This document shows, one piece after another, positions 39,324 through 49,633 of a DNA stretch of 64,000 nucleotides. Position numbers and translations under genes: made by a program. The notes under the pieces are model-generated. The model did no database searches. It worked only from the letters and a program-made list of their open reading frames with translations, and was not told the DNA's origin. The stretch spans positions 31,523-95,522 of the forward strand of contig BEHE01000005.1 of assembly GCA_002898395.1 (NCBI GenBank), given 5' to 3'. The DNA is from Candidatus Calditenuaceae archaeon HR02 (GTDB lineage: Archaea; Thermoproteota; Nitrososphaeria_A; Caldarchaeales; Calditenuaceae). How positions within the stretch are numbered: position 1 is the first letter of the stretch; every line of letters starts with the position of its first letter.

Positions 39324-39965
39324 TTGAAAAGCTACTACGAAATATCAACTACCAGGTTCCCCAGCAAATATTGGCACAGAGAGATCGTTAAAGCGGCTAA
39401 AAGCATGGTTAAAAAACATGAAATATCTGAACCTATTCTCGACTTAGGATGTGGAGATGGTGTCAGGGTGCGGATGATATTCGGCGACTCGGTGGAAATA
39501 CATGGCGTAGATATTAACCCTGAAATGGTTGAGTCTGCTAGGGAAAGGCTGGATAAGGTATATTTAGGCAGCATTGAGGATCCGCCGCCCGAGATTCTCA
39601 ACAGGCTTTATGGCACAATTGTTTTAATGGAGACCCTAGAACATGTAAACAACCCTGAAAGGGTCTTGGGGGTTGCGGACAAATTATTGAAAGAAAAAGG
39701 ATTATTGCTTGTCATAATACCTTTAGAGACAACGCTATTCAGAATTATCTGGTGGTTATGGACCCGTTCTATGGGGAGAAGGTGGAGAGGGGCTCATCTG
39801 TTCAAGTTTAAGTCAGAACAACAGCTATTCTCAATCCTCGAGAAAAGGTTCAAGGTAGTCGAACACAAAAAGACAAACCTTGGATGCATTGCCATCACAA
39901 TCTGTAGCAAGAAAGAAAACCCGAAAACACGGCCCACCCAAGATAACACGCGGGTCGAGGGCTAA
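39324..39965 (+). CDS. Class I SAM-dependent methyltransferase
   Basis: ILDLGCGDG, GVDIN, ETLEHV; more AT-rich than its neighbours. Confidence 0.88.
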   Translation: MKSYYEISTTRFPSKYWHREIVKAAKSMVKKHEISEPILDLGCGDGVRVRMIFGDSVEIHGVDINPEMVESARERLDKVYLGSIEDPPPEILNRLYGTIVLMETLEHVNNPERVLGVADKLLKEKGLLLVIIPLETTLFRIIWWLWTRSMGRRWRGAHLFKFKSEQQLFSILEKRFKVVEHKKTNLGCIAITICSKKENPKTRPTQDNTRVEG

Positions 39966-40155
39966 TAGGTGTAGAGTAATTGACGTGACAAACATGTGAA
40001 GAAGACATTGGCTTCCTGCGTGAAGACATGTTATTAACGGGAGAGATGCGTGTGCGTGTAGTTCAGGCAGGAAAAGTTGTGGAGTATTCGGGGGCTGGTT
40101 CAAGGGGTAAGGGAGTCCTCTAAGACAAACTCGGGCCTCCAGAAGTGTGACTGAG

Positions 40156-41067
40156 CTATCGGAACGAGCCCCTTATCCCGAATGCTGAGCCTAGGAGTTC
40201 GCCGAAGAGGAAGGTCACGATCGCTGTCCCTAAAAGGAGGGATATGTTCTCTAACATCTCCCTCTTGAACCCCATGTCTTGGACTACGGAGAGATAGTAT
40301 GTGAAGAGTCCAGCTAGGAGGACCGCTAACGCTACCGAGGACGTGAAGGCCAGCAGCATGTCGTGGGTTAGGAAGTAGGGGAGTGCCAAGAGGACAGTAC
40401 TTAGGATGTAGGCGACCCCGGTAACGGCTCCAGAGGTGATGGGTCTGCTCCTCAGCTCACTCTTGGCCTTAACGTAGGCAGCCACTCCCATAGAAATGGA
40501 AGCAGCCAACCCTACGATGACCCCAGCTACACCCGCAACTAGCGTCGAGGCAGTGACTCCCAGAAATCCGGCGTGGACTCCCGTCACTTCTATGACGGAG
40601 TCAGAGAGGCCGAGGGCTATGAAGCCGACGTATCTGAGGACCGGCTCGTCTATCTGGGACAGTAGGGCCTTCTCGTGCATCTCCTCATCGTTGAGGAACT
40701 CCTCGACCTTCCTCCTCACCTCACCCTCAAGCCTTGAGAGGGCTCTCCTATACTGGGCGATGACCTCGGACTCGTGTCTCTCCAGCAACTTTATCACGAA
40801 CATGACTCCGAGGAACTTCCTCAGCATGACGATCAGGTATAGCCTGAGTTTCGAGACCCTCGGCTTTGAAGCTCCTGCGTAGTTTCTCCAGAACTCAAAG
40901 TGCTTACGTTCCATTTCGGAAAGCCTCTCAAGGAGCTCCCTTCGCGCTCCGCGACTCTCCCTTTTAGCCAGCTCCTTGTAGACTAGGTAGTCGAAATACT
41001 CATCATTACAAAAGAAGGCCGCATCTGCCGCCAGCATGGCTGGTTCACCCCTAGACCCCAACTTCAC
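40156..41067 (-). CDS. Rubrerythrin-like plus VIT1/CCC1 transporter family protein
   Basis: Ferritin-like ExxH motifs (ERKH, EEMH), then LGLSDSVIEVTG and SISMG with TM helices. Confidence 0.88.
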   Translation of the reverse strand: MKLGSRGEPAMLAADAAFFCNDEYFDYLVYKELAKRESRGARRELLERLSEMERKHFEFWRNYAGASKPRVSKLRLYLIVMLRKFLGVMFVIKLLERHESEVIAQYRRALSRLEGEVRRKVEEFLNDEEMHEKALLSQIDEPVLRYVGFIALGLSDSVIEVTGVHAGFLGVTASTLVAGVAGVIVGLAASISMGVAAYVKAKSELRSRPITSGAVTGVAYILSTVLLALPYFLTHDMLLAFTSSVALAVLLAGLFTYYLSVVQDMGFKREMLENISLLLGTAIVTFLFGELLGSAFGIRGSFR

Positions 41068-41838
41068 CCCCTTCCTCTCCAGAGGCCTTCGAATTTAGGC
41101 TCTCCACCCCAACCTAAGCCACCTCACCTCCTTCTCTCTGCGACCCTCCCTCCACCCCTCCACCAACCCATGGCCGAGCCCATCGACAACAAGACGTCTC
41201 TAGACTCACCGCCGACTGAACGCGCTCCCAGCACTTAAGCCTGATGCGACCTATAACCTAAATCAGCTGAGTCTTCATCTAGGGCCCATGAAGTATGACC
41301 ATGAACTCCAAACTACGTTCAGTACCGTTAGGATCAAGCTCCTAGCCCAAGTCTCACCGTGAGGGTCAGTGCCATCCAGCTAGACCACTTAGTATGCGTG
41401 GATGAGATGGTTGATTTGCCTTACGGTAGGGTGCGGTCTGCGCAAGGCTCTATGGTCCAACGAAATCAAAATACTAACAGGTGTATCATGGCGATAAGGG
41501 CGGCCAGCTGTGCTGGCACATTATGAGTATTTATTAGGCGATAAATATAACCTCCTACATCTCTGTCTCCATACAGCTCGTGTATTCCCATTTGTGACAC
41601 CTATATGTTTGAGATCATCACTCTAATGGCTCTTCGCCGACTAATTCAGAGATGCGGCCCTCCATTCCAAACAGCCAGGAGGCGCTATGTATGTAGAATA
41701 AGTGATAGCCAACTGCCAGCTAGCATGAAAGTCGTAGACTTATATGAATACCAAAACAGTTGACTTCAGTGAAAAGTAGTCCCATAAAATATGGGCGATA
41801 AGTAAAATTTAAATAGGAGGAATGCGAAATCTACGGGG

Positions 41839-43209
41839 ATGGTTTCGGTGGTGAATGATAAGTATATATCTAGGCGCAAAGCGCTTGGCACTGCGGCGAA
41901 AGTCGCCCTGGGTGTTGTCGGCGCTGCAATAGTTGGTGGCGCTGCTTATATGGCTTATCAGCAAACCGCTGTGCCTCGAAAAGTAAAACTTGAATTTACA
42001 GTGTGGAACTACTCAGTAGAAACAATACGTGACAATATTCGAAAATTTATGCAACAATATCCGGATATAGAAGTCACACTCTATGACTTTAATTGGCCTG
42101 ACTATCCATCCACAATGGTTCAGAGATTTACTACTAAAACTCCAACGGATGTATGTTATAATGGTGAAGACTGGCTTGCGCAATGGGCGGAAGCAGGATG
42201 GGTCGTCCCCCTACAAGATTATTGGGATAAATATGTAACGAAGAAAAAATTCAATGAATATGTAAACGATATGGTGCCCTTTGCAAAGGAATCAATGACC
42301 TATAAAGGAAAAATATATGGGTTGCCCTACTATTCGGACATGTTTACATTCATGTACAATGATAAACTACTAAAAGATAACGGTATTGAGGTCCCCAATA
42401 CGTGGGAAGATGTATTGGACGCATCTTTAAAACTCAAAGAAAAGGGAATAAGGTATCCTTACGTGCTCCAGTTTCAAGCAACAAATCCATTTGACTTCTA
42501 CGCAGTATTCTCAGGAGCAATGGGAAGAGGAGCAAGATTATTTGACGAGAATCTGAATCCCATATTCGAATCAGAAGACCACCCATTCTACGAACACCTT
42601 CAATGGATGGTTGATGGATTACATAAATACAAAATAGTGAACCCAGACTACCTAGCTACTCACGAAACAGACGCTGCAAAGAAGATGGGTGCGGGGGAGG
42701 GTGCATTTACTGTTCTTGCCAAATACATGCTAGCAGCCATGAATGCGCCTGGGTCATCACCGAATGCTGGAAACTTTAGGCTAGCCTTAATGCCAGGGAA
42801 AACACATGAGGCATATGGCTTCGCAAAAATGTACAATATGACACGCATGTGTGTAGATAGGGGGGACGCAGCCATTCAGGCCGCAATAACATTCATAGAG
42901 TATTTTGGCGCGAGCGATAGCCCCGTTCTAAAGAGATGGGCTGTAGAAAAAGGACTTGGATTTGGTTTCTTATCGCCTTATAACGATCCGGATATTGCCA
43001 AATCTTTGGTAGAATATTATGGCCCAGGTGCAGACAAATCGATAAAAGAGCAGGCTTCAATCGCTAAGACCATACCACACCCAGTCTGGTTTGGTCAATG
43101 GATAGACTATAGCATCAAAGAAGCGATTGCCAAAGCATTCGCAAAAGAAATTACTGTAAAAGAAGCTGTTGAAAGAATGGCTAAACGAGCAAGGGAGCTT
43201 AGAGGATAG
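41839..43209 (+). CDS. Sugar ABC transporter substrate-binding protein with Tat-like signal
   Basis: ISRRKAL plus hydrophobic segment; YKGKIYGLPYY, YNDKLL, PNTWED. Confidence 0.92.
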   Translation: MVSVVNDKYISRRKALGTAAKVALGVVGAAIVGGAAYMAYQQTAVPRKVKLEFTVWNYSVETIRDNIRKFMQQYPDIEVTLYDFNWPDYPSTMVQRFTTKTPTDVCYNGEDWLAQWAEAGWVVPLQDYWDKYVTKKKFNEYVNDMVPFAKESMTYKGKIYGLPYYSDMFTFMYNDKLLKDNGIEVPNTWEDVLDASLKLKEKGIRYPYVLQFQATNPFDFYAVFSGAMGRGARLFDENLNPIFESEDHPFYEHLQWMVDGLHKYKIVNPDYLATHETDAAKKMGAGEGAFTVLAKYMLAAMNAPGSSPNAGNFRLALMPGKTHEAYGFAKMYNMTRMCVDRGDAAIQAAITFIEYFGASDSPVLKRWAVEKGLGFGFLSPYNDPDIAKSLVEYYGPGADKSIKEQASIAKTIPHPVWFGQWIDYSIKEAIAKAFAKEITVKEAVERMAKRARELRG

Positions 43210-43251
43210 TCTTAAATTTTTATTTATAACTTTTAATTGTGGGTGAGATAA

Positions 43252-44160
43252 ATGGTTGTAGGTGAGAAAGGAACTAAAAATAGGGAAACATCACCCTATT
43301 TTTTCATACTTCCTACACTACTGATAGTCGGCTTTTTTACACTGTATCCATTCTTTTACGCGATATACATGAGCCTAACTAAATATGTTATATATGAACC
43401 AAACACAATAGGCACTTTCGTGGGCCTAAAAAATTATGAAGAAATAATCAGCTCAACATACTTTAACGAAGCGGTAATCAATACATTAGTATTTACGATG
43501 GTCTCTGTCATAGTCATTGTAGGAGTAGCATTTGCCATTGCTCTTATTTTGAACCAAGGATTAAAAGGATCGCATGTGGTCAGGGTAATCATGCTGATTC
43601 CGTGGGCAATACCCCCCGCTGCTGCAGGACTTATATGGCGATTCATGTTTCAGAGCTTTGGATGGATTAATAAGGTATTTGTCGATTTAGGTTTTTGGAA
43701 TGAGCCTTTTTATTTCTTATCGGCTCCTAGATCTGTCCAGATAATTTTTGCAGTAACTGCTCAAATGTGGCAACAATTGCCATTTTGTGTTCTATTACTA
43801 TTAGCGGTTTTACAAATAGTTCCAAAAGACGTGATAGACTCTTCTGAGATTGATGGTGCTGTTGGTATGTCTAAGCTTAGATACATCATGCTACCTTATC
43901 TAAAATCGGCTCTTGCAGTAGTTGCCGCCTATCAAGCAATACTTGCGTTGACTACTTATGACATGGTCTATACATTTGCGGGCGGAACTTATGGACTAAT
44001 TTCATACTACGCGTTTGCAGAGATGTTCCAATGGGGCAACTTTGGACATGGAGCAGCACTAGCCGTAATACTTGCAATAATGACGTTACTTGTCATTTTA
44101 ATAATATTGAGAATTGTACCGCCTGAAAAACTATACAGGTACTCCTTCACAGGTGAGTGA
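43252..44160 (+). CDS. Sugar ABC transporter permease (MalF-like)
   Basis: FVGLKNY, LIPWAIP, EAA-like SSEIDGA...LPYLK. Confidence 0.93.
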   Translation: MVVGEKGTKNRETSPYFFILPTLLIVGFFTLYPFFYAIYMSLTKYVIYEPNTIGTFVGLKNYEEIISSTYFNEAVINTLVFTMVSVIVIVGVAFAIALILNQGLKGSHVVRVIMLIPWAIPPAAAGLIWRFMFQSFGWINKVFVDLGFWNEPFYFLSAPRSVQIIFAVTAQMWQQLPFCVLLLLAVLQIVPKDVIDSSEIDGAVGMSKLRYIMLPYLKSALAVVAAYQAILALTTYDMVYTFAGGTYGLISYYAFAEMFQWGNFGHGAALAVILAIMTLLVILIILRIVPPEKLYRYSFTGE

Positions 44161-45065
44161 TGTTGAAGATCAAACATTTGATAAGTTACATTGTAATTGC
44201 TGTTTTCCTACTTTATCTCCTTTTGCCGATAGCTTTCAGTTTTATCGGAAGCATTATGCCGGAAACCGAGCTACGATCTCCGCCTGGCAGTAAGCTGTGG
44301 TTTGCAAAGGGTCCTACAACTGTGTATTATCAGTATATCTTCCTAGCTCCTTTTGGATTTGAATTCCCATCTCAAGACCCGTATATACGCTATGAAATAA
44401 GATCACTTGTAATCCTAAACATTGCTTACTTTGGAAGAATTCTGCTAAATAGTGTGATAGTTGCCAGCACAGTAGCTATAACTAACTTCTTACTAGCATC
44501 ACTAGCTGCTTTCGCTTTCACTAGATTTAGCTTTAAGGGAAGAACAAGTCTTTTTACCTTTGTACTTATTAGCAGGTTATTGCCGCCAATAGTACTCGCG
44601 GTACCCTATTATGTCCTAATGCAAATTCTGGGATTAGTTAATAATCTAGTATCTATAATTTTGGTGCATATTGTATTATCACTTCCCTTTTCTATCTGGT
44701 ATTTAGTTCTTTATTATCGGACAATTCCAATAGAAATCGAAGAAGCATCGAGGGTTGACGGTGCTTCGTTATGGCAAACGATTAGATATGTTACAATACC
44801 TGTTGCCGGAACTGGATTAATTGCCATAGCATTATTTTCGTTTTTGACGTCTTACAATGAATTTCTATTTGCTCATTTCTTACTCGGTCGTATTGATGTT
44901 CAAACTGTACCCGTATTTGTGGCATCAATGGCAACTGCAACAGATGTATATTGGGCAATGATGTATTCAATTCTCACATTAACAATGCTTCCCATGATAG
45001 CAGCAATTCTGCTAATAATAAGATTCATTAACATATCGCAACTTGCTGGTGCGATAAGGTTTTGA
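44157..45065 (+). CDS. Sugar ABC transporter permease (MalG-like)
   Basis: IPIEIEEASRVDGAS EAA loop, SYNEFLFA. Confidence 0.93.
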   Translation: MMLKIKHLISYIVIAVFLLYLLLPIAFSFIGSIMPETELRSPPGSKLWFAKGPTTVYYQYIFLAPFGFEFPSQDPYIRYEIRSLVILNIAYFGRILLNSVIVASTVAITNFLLASLAAFAFTRFSFKGRTSLFTFVLISRLLPPIVLAVPYYVLMQILGLVNNLVSIILVHIVLSLPFSIWYLVLYYRTIPIEIEEASRVDGASLWQTIRYVTIPVAGTGLIAIALFSFLTSYNEFLFAHFLLGRIDVQTVPVFVASMATATDVYWAMMYSILTLTMLPMIAAILLIIRFINISQLAGAIRF

Positions 45066-46246
45066 AGCTGATTCTCACATTTACACCAGGTAAATTCACA
45101 TTCAATTGCACCAAATGCGCTAAATGTTGCTTTCCTGCAGAACTTTCACTTACGGCAAGGGAGTTTAATTTTTTGTCAAAGGTCGCGGATAGAAAAGAGC
45201 GTTTTATCTTTATAGCGGACATTCCTTTTTCATATAAATTGCGAGTTAAGGGTAGGTGTCCATTTTTAGATGAGAATAAATTGTGTAAAATTTACAAGAA
45301 TAGGCCGATTGTATGCATCTCGTTTCCTCTAACATTTGAATACTTACCTGATGGCAGATTGTTCGTTAACTTTATAAGATGTGAAGGCGTCGGTGTGGGT
45401 GACCAAATAGTCGACATGGATTTCGTTCTAAAAACAATTGATGAGATCAAGCAGAGGGATCCTAGTTTTTTCGATAGTCTATTAATAAATAAATTATACA
45501 AAAATCCATTTGTACCTTTCTACACTCATGATGAGTACGTTTCTTATGATTCTAAATTAAGTTTCAATAAATTTTTGGCGAAAATGGTTAAAGATTATTC
45601 TAGAAATCAATACAACCCGAGGACATATTTACATTCTTTTATTTTGACGATCAGACAAGCGATAGAAACAGCATTGAATATGAAGAAACATTCAGGTGAT
45701 CTACATCGTTCATTGATATTTGACGAAGAAGCAGAGGCTTTGAAAGATGAAATAAACTCCTATTATTCTCAAAAGTTTGAGGAAAATTTCAAAGTAATCG
45801 ATCATTATATCGAGGAGGCTGAAGATATTGCTAGAAAGACTCGAGTATGTGAGATTTATTTAGATGGAAAAGTTAAGAAATTAAGAATAGATGAACATGT
45901 TAAACTGAGTACTGCTCTAAATCATAGTGATGTTGCAGAGTTTCAGGTGTCACAAATCTATTTCAGAAAAAATTTTGAAGAGGAGGCTTTTAACTTTATT
46001 GTAGACTATATTTCGGAAGTATTAGTTCGTGTTGGACTTGGGGGATTTCCAATTGATGCTCCTCTATATATTGTGCTTGATGTTTTAGGAGAATATATAA
46101 ATAACATAGAGTTCCAATGCAACCTATATTCTGGTAAGTCAAATGTCGTGACTTTAAAGGAAGCTAAGAGAGCTATCGAAGATCTAGACACAAATTTCGC
46201 ATTAGGCTCAATCTATAACGCTAGGGAAAGAACTTTCACTTTTTAA
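45062..46246 (+). CDS. YkgJ/CxxCxxCC cysteine-cluster protein with long C-terminal region
   Basis: CTKCAKCC, CPFLDENKLCKIYKNRPIVCISFP; overlaps the permease stop. Confidence 0.85.
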   Translation: MKLILTFTPGKFTFNCTKCAKCCFPAELSLTAREFNFLSKVADRKERFIFIADIPFSYKLRVKGRCPFLDENKLCKIYKNRPIVCISFPLTFEYLPDGRLFVNFIRCEGVGVGDQIVDMDFVLKTIDEIKQRDPSFFDSLLINKLYKNPFVPFYTHDEYVSYDSKLSFNKFLAKMVKDYSRNQYNPRTYLHSFILTIRQAIETALNMKKHSGDLHRSLIFDEEAEALKDEINSYYSQKFEENFKVIDHYIEEAEDIARKTRVCEIYLDGKVKKLRIDEHVKLSTALNHSDVAEFQVSQIYFRKNFEEEAFNFIVDYISEVLVRVGLGGFPIDAPLYIVLDVLGEYINNIEFQCNLYSGKSNVVTLKEAKRAIEDLDTNFALGSIYNARERTFTF

Positions 46247-46908
46247 CTATTAAATACTTAAAAGTTCACCCGTTTCCCTTTCTCAATACTCGCCAAAAGG
46301 CCTACTTAACTCTCGTTCTCTTATTTGCAACAGCCTTGCTGCTCTAAATACCTCATCGGCGCTCGATTTCTAGTAACGCTGGCATGATATATACTGCTAA
46401 CCAAGCAATATATCTCCTTTTATCTTAGTTTCGAAGAACATGTTGTGGGTGGGTGCTGAGGTGGCTATCCCTTCTATACTCTCGAAAGTCTCTCCAGCCC
46501 CTAAAGCCATCTCTCCAACGATCTGGAAGCATTAGTTGGACTGTACCTCTCACTAAGGACTTTAAAACTCAATTCAAAAATGAATGCTAGGGCAGGAGAT
46601 GGCTTCTCAAGCGGACTGTATCTGTTGAACCGGAAAAGAGCAGACATGACGCATACTGGGTGGGAATGTTTGCGCTGGAGAGATTCATGCTGGATGGTTT
46701 TCACAAAGAGTATAGTTAAGCCTCTCTCGCGGTTTGACCTTTGGTGTAGAGTCTAAACCTCAACAGGAAAGTATCTCTGGGTAACACGGTCAAAGGGCTA
46801 GGCAGATAACTATTATGCCTTGACTTGGCTTCACCTTCGCTCTCCGTAACAATTATTAATCGTGCTTAGAGTTTAATCTCTGGAGAGGGTTGACGATCGA
46901 CCTCAAGG

Positions 46909-47214
46909 CTCGGGATAACGACGAGTCTACCAATATTAATGGCTAAGAAAGGCAGCAGGCGCTGGAATTTGCGTATACAACGGTGGGTAGAGTCTAAGAA
47001 GGACGTTTATGTGAGTGTATATCCATCCCGAGGACTACCAGAGATTCCTCGAAAGAGATACCTAATAAAGCTCTCCAAAAAAAGAAGATACGGTATTATA
47101 GGGATGAGATAGGAGAAAGGAAGGATTGGTGGGAGATTTGTGATAAGTTACAGAGAGGTATCGGCAGGAGTATGAGGCGCAGACGATAACCCGCCCCTTT
47201 ATCCCTTATGCTTA
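46909..47214 (+). pseudogene. Decayed LAGLIDADG-type endonuclease remnant, convergent with tRNA-iMet
   Basis: LGITTSLPILMAKKGSRRW...WVESKKDVY / IHPEDYQRFLE / DEIGERKDWWEICDKLQRGIGR; reverse complement of the elements at 2426 and 63726. Confidence 0.8.
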
Positions 47215-47247
47215 TTAAATAACTTAACAGTAACAGCCCAAATATTT

Positions 47248-47321
47248 TAGCGGGGGGTGGATTTGAACCACCGATCTCCGGGTTATGAGCCCGGCGGGTT
47301 TCCTGGCTACCCTACCCCGCT
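47248..47321 (-). tRNA. Initiator tRNA-Met (CAT)
   Basis: AGCGGGG...CCGGG-CTCATAA-CCCGG...GGTTCAAATCC-ACCCCCCGCTA; A1-U72 pair and three consecutive G-C pairs in the anticodon stem. Confidence 0.97.
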
Positions 47322-47356
47322 TCGTTCTGCCGCGCTATTTATGTGGGTTGGAGGAT

Positions 47357-48202
47357 TTAAGTTTCATGGGTGGTTTGGGGTTTGGTTTGGTGTTTTTGGG
47401 GGTCGTCTGTGAGCCATTTGAGTTGTTGTGTGGTCCAGTTTTCGATTGCTTGGTCGAGGCCTTGTGGGATAACGTGTTTTTGTATGAATTTTAGGTGTTG
47501 TTTTATGTGTTTTTCGGCTTGGCTGGCTGGTACGGGTTTCTGCTGGTATAGTCTTAGAAGGATTTGTAGTGGGGTGTATGCGTAAGGTAGGGCCGTGTAG
47601 ATTATGTGGGTTGGGGCTTTTTTCTGGAGGTGTTTTTTGAGGTTGACGGCTGCTTCCGGGTTGCAGATGCATGCGGAGTGTCTGAACCTGCGCGTCTCTG
47701 TTAGTAGGTAGGCGGCCTCTTCTCTTAGCTTGTTTTTAGTGGATTCTATCATTTCCTCTATCAAACTTAGCCATCGTTCTAGGCTTATGGTCTCTGTGAT
47801 TGTGTCGCGGAGTATTAGTGCGGGTAGTTCTAGGGTGGCTCGTATTTCTTCGTGGGTGGGGTTTGGGGAGTAGCATATGATTTCTCTCCCGCTCGAGACT
47901 CTTGGTAGAAGTTTGAAGAAGGTTTCGTGGCCCCTGAGGAGGGCTTTGAGATAGTTTTCGGGTAGTTGGGTGGCTTCTTTAGCTTCTTCCATGAAGGCTT
48001 CGACGTCTCCCTCCTCGGCCAGCTTGGGGATGTAGGGTTGGAGGCTGCGGGGGAGGTTGAGGAAGACTGCCTCGTACCCTCCTGAGCCTATCACTGTTAT
48101 TGCTTCAATGGCCGCTCGTCTGAGGGGTGGCTTCACGATGAGGTCTATACCTCTCTCCACGTCTATATGACATAGTTTCGCTGAATTTTTAAATGGTGTC
48201 AT
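47357..48202 (-). CDS. Hypothetical protein
   Basis: 281 aa ORF following the site-2 protease; 3' third strongly A/C-skewed on the coding strand. Confidence 0.65.
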   Translation of the reverse strand: MTPFKNSAKLCHIDVERGIDLIVKPPLRRAAIEAITVIGSGGYEAVFLNLPRSLQPYIPKLAEEGDVEAFMEEAKEATQLPENYLKALLRGHETFFKLLPRVSSGREIICYSPNPTHEEIRATLELPALILRDTITETISLERWLSLIEEMIESTKNKLREEAAYLLTETRRFRHSACICNPEAAVNLKKHLQKKAPTHIIYTALPYAYTPLQILLRLYQQKPVPASQAEKHIKQHLKFIQKHVIPQGLDQAIENWTTQQLKWLTDDPQKHQTKPQTTHET

Positions 48203-48213
48203 CTCTGGGCTAT

Positions 48214-49479
48214 TTAGGCCAGTAGTGCGATGTATGGTATCATGAAAAGAGATAGGACCAGCCCCACCAATGCAAGGCTGACCGCTATGGTGGCGGCTCT
48301 GACACCCTTCTCTCCTATCCGCGAGCCGAAGAGAGTGGATAGTGTCCGCCTAAATATCTGCCCCCCGTCCAGCGGGTAGATGGGCAGGGCGTTGAAGATG
48401 CCTACGTTGAAGTTTACAAACCAAATCCAGTAAAGCATGTTCGCGATCACTGGATATGAGTTGCCTAGTATCGGATGTGTGTATAGATTCGATACAGTGA
48501 AGCAGTTTGGTGAGGGTGCGGTGGAGTCGATGCATATCTGCGCCTCGGAGAATGGGTGGAGGGAGTTCCGGAATGTTGGCGGGAGAAGGTAGATGAGGGG
48601 GTTCGCGAGGCTGGCGGATTTGTATCTCTCAAGGTAGTCAGAGGCCCACTGCTGTATCTCCGCATTCGCGAGTCTCACACCAATCATCGGCCTACCAGCT
48701 CCTAGCTCAGCGACTCCGACGGTGAGCCTGAGAACCCCTACGCCACTCCTCAACACATCGAGGACTATTGACCCACCGTAGCCCGCATTATTAATGGCCT
48801 CTGCTAGGATTGAGAGGCCGGTCACTGGCCGGCCGTTAACGCTAGCTATAACGTCCCCCCGCTGGATTCCTGCAGCCTCTGCAGGGGAATTGCTAATGAC
48901 CTCCTCAACCATTATCATGGTTTTGGGCTGTAGCCCGCTTGTCGCTGCGACAATAAGCCCAAGCGAGAGTAACGCTATCAGGATATTGGATGTGGGTCCG
49001 CCTGCTAGAATTCTCACGACATCCCTTCCCCTTCCCTTTTTCATCTCCTCCTCATCTGTCTCAACAAACGCCCCGATAGGCAAGACAGCGAAAAGTATGA
49101 GTCCGCTTGACTTCACCTTGTATCCGAGCCTACGCGCCAAGGCGCCGTGGGCTCCTTCATGGATTATTAGGGCCACCAATAACCCTAGCCATCCGTATAG
49201 TAGGGGGAGGTAAGGGTTGAGACCCGGTATGAGTAGGAGGCTTTGGGGTCCGGCCTCCCGTTGCGCCTCTTGTATCTCGGGTCTGCTCAGGAGGGCTTGG
49301 AGTGATAACAGGAGCAGGAAGAGCCCCGCCGCTGCAATTGCTGGGATCAAAATTAATGAGGACCAGCTAAAAATACCCACAACCCGATACCTCGCTATCT
49401 TGTCGAAGACGGCTGAAAATGAGTGAGACTTGACAAGTATGAATGGTGGCTTAAACTCGAGCTCCACTCTCCTGCCCAA
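48214..49479 (-). CDS. Site-2 protease (M50) with PDZ domain
   Basis: HEGAH, PIGAFVE, SPAEAAGI (PDZ), NALPIYPLDGG. Confidence 0.93.
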   Translation of the reverse strand: MGRRVELEFKPPFILVKSHSFSAVFDKIARYRVVGIFSWSSLILIPAIAAAGLFLLLLSLQALLSRPEIQEAQREAGPQSLLLIPGLNPYLPLLYGWLGLLVALIIHEGAHGALARRLGYKVKSSGLILFAVLPIGAFVETDEEEMKKGRGRDVVRILAGGPTSNILIALLSLGLIVAATSGLQPKTMIMVEEVISNSPAEAAGIQRGDVIASVNGRPVTGLSILAEAINNAGYGGSIVLDVLRSGVGVLRLTVGVAELGAGRPMIGVRLANAEIQQWASDYLERYKSASLANPLIYLLPPTFRNSLHPFSEAQICIDSTAPSPNCFTVSNLYTHPILGNSYPVIANMLYWIWFVNFNVGIFNALPIYPLDGGQIFRRTLSTLFGSRIGEKGVRAATIAVSLALVGLVLSLFMIPYIALLA

Positions 49480-49633
49480 CTTCCTTTTTCCTCTCTTTCT
49501 GCCGTCCTAATTTTAGTGGGCTGTATTTATAGGAATACTATAGGCTCAGAATAAGTGCCTGAAAACCATCGGGGGGACTCGCTATTTCCTTGGCTGGAAA
49601 GATTCTAATTGGACTTTCCCGTAATGCTCTTGG

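Noticed and set aside
46250-46400. Remnant of the missing ABC ATPase (DEVFRAARLLQI on the minus strand)
   Set aside because: Too short, on the opposite strand to the operon and without Walker motifs; it could equally be another family.
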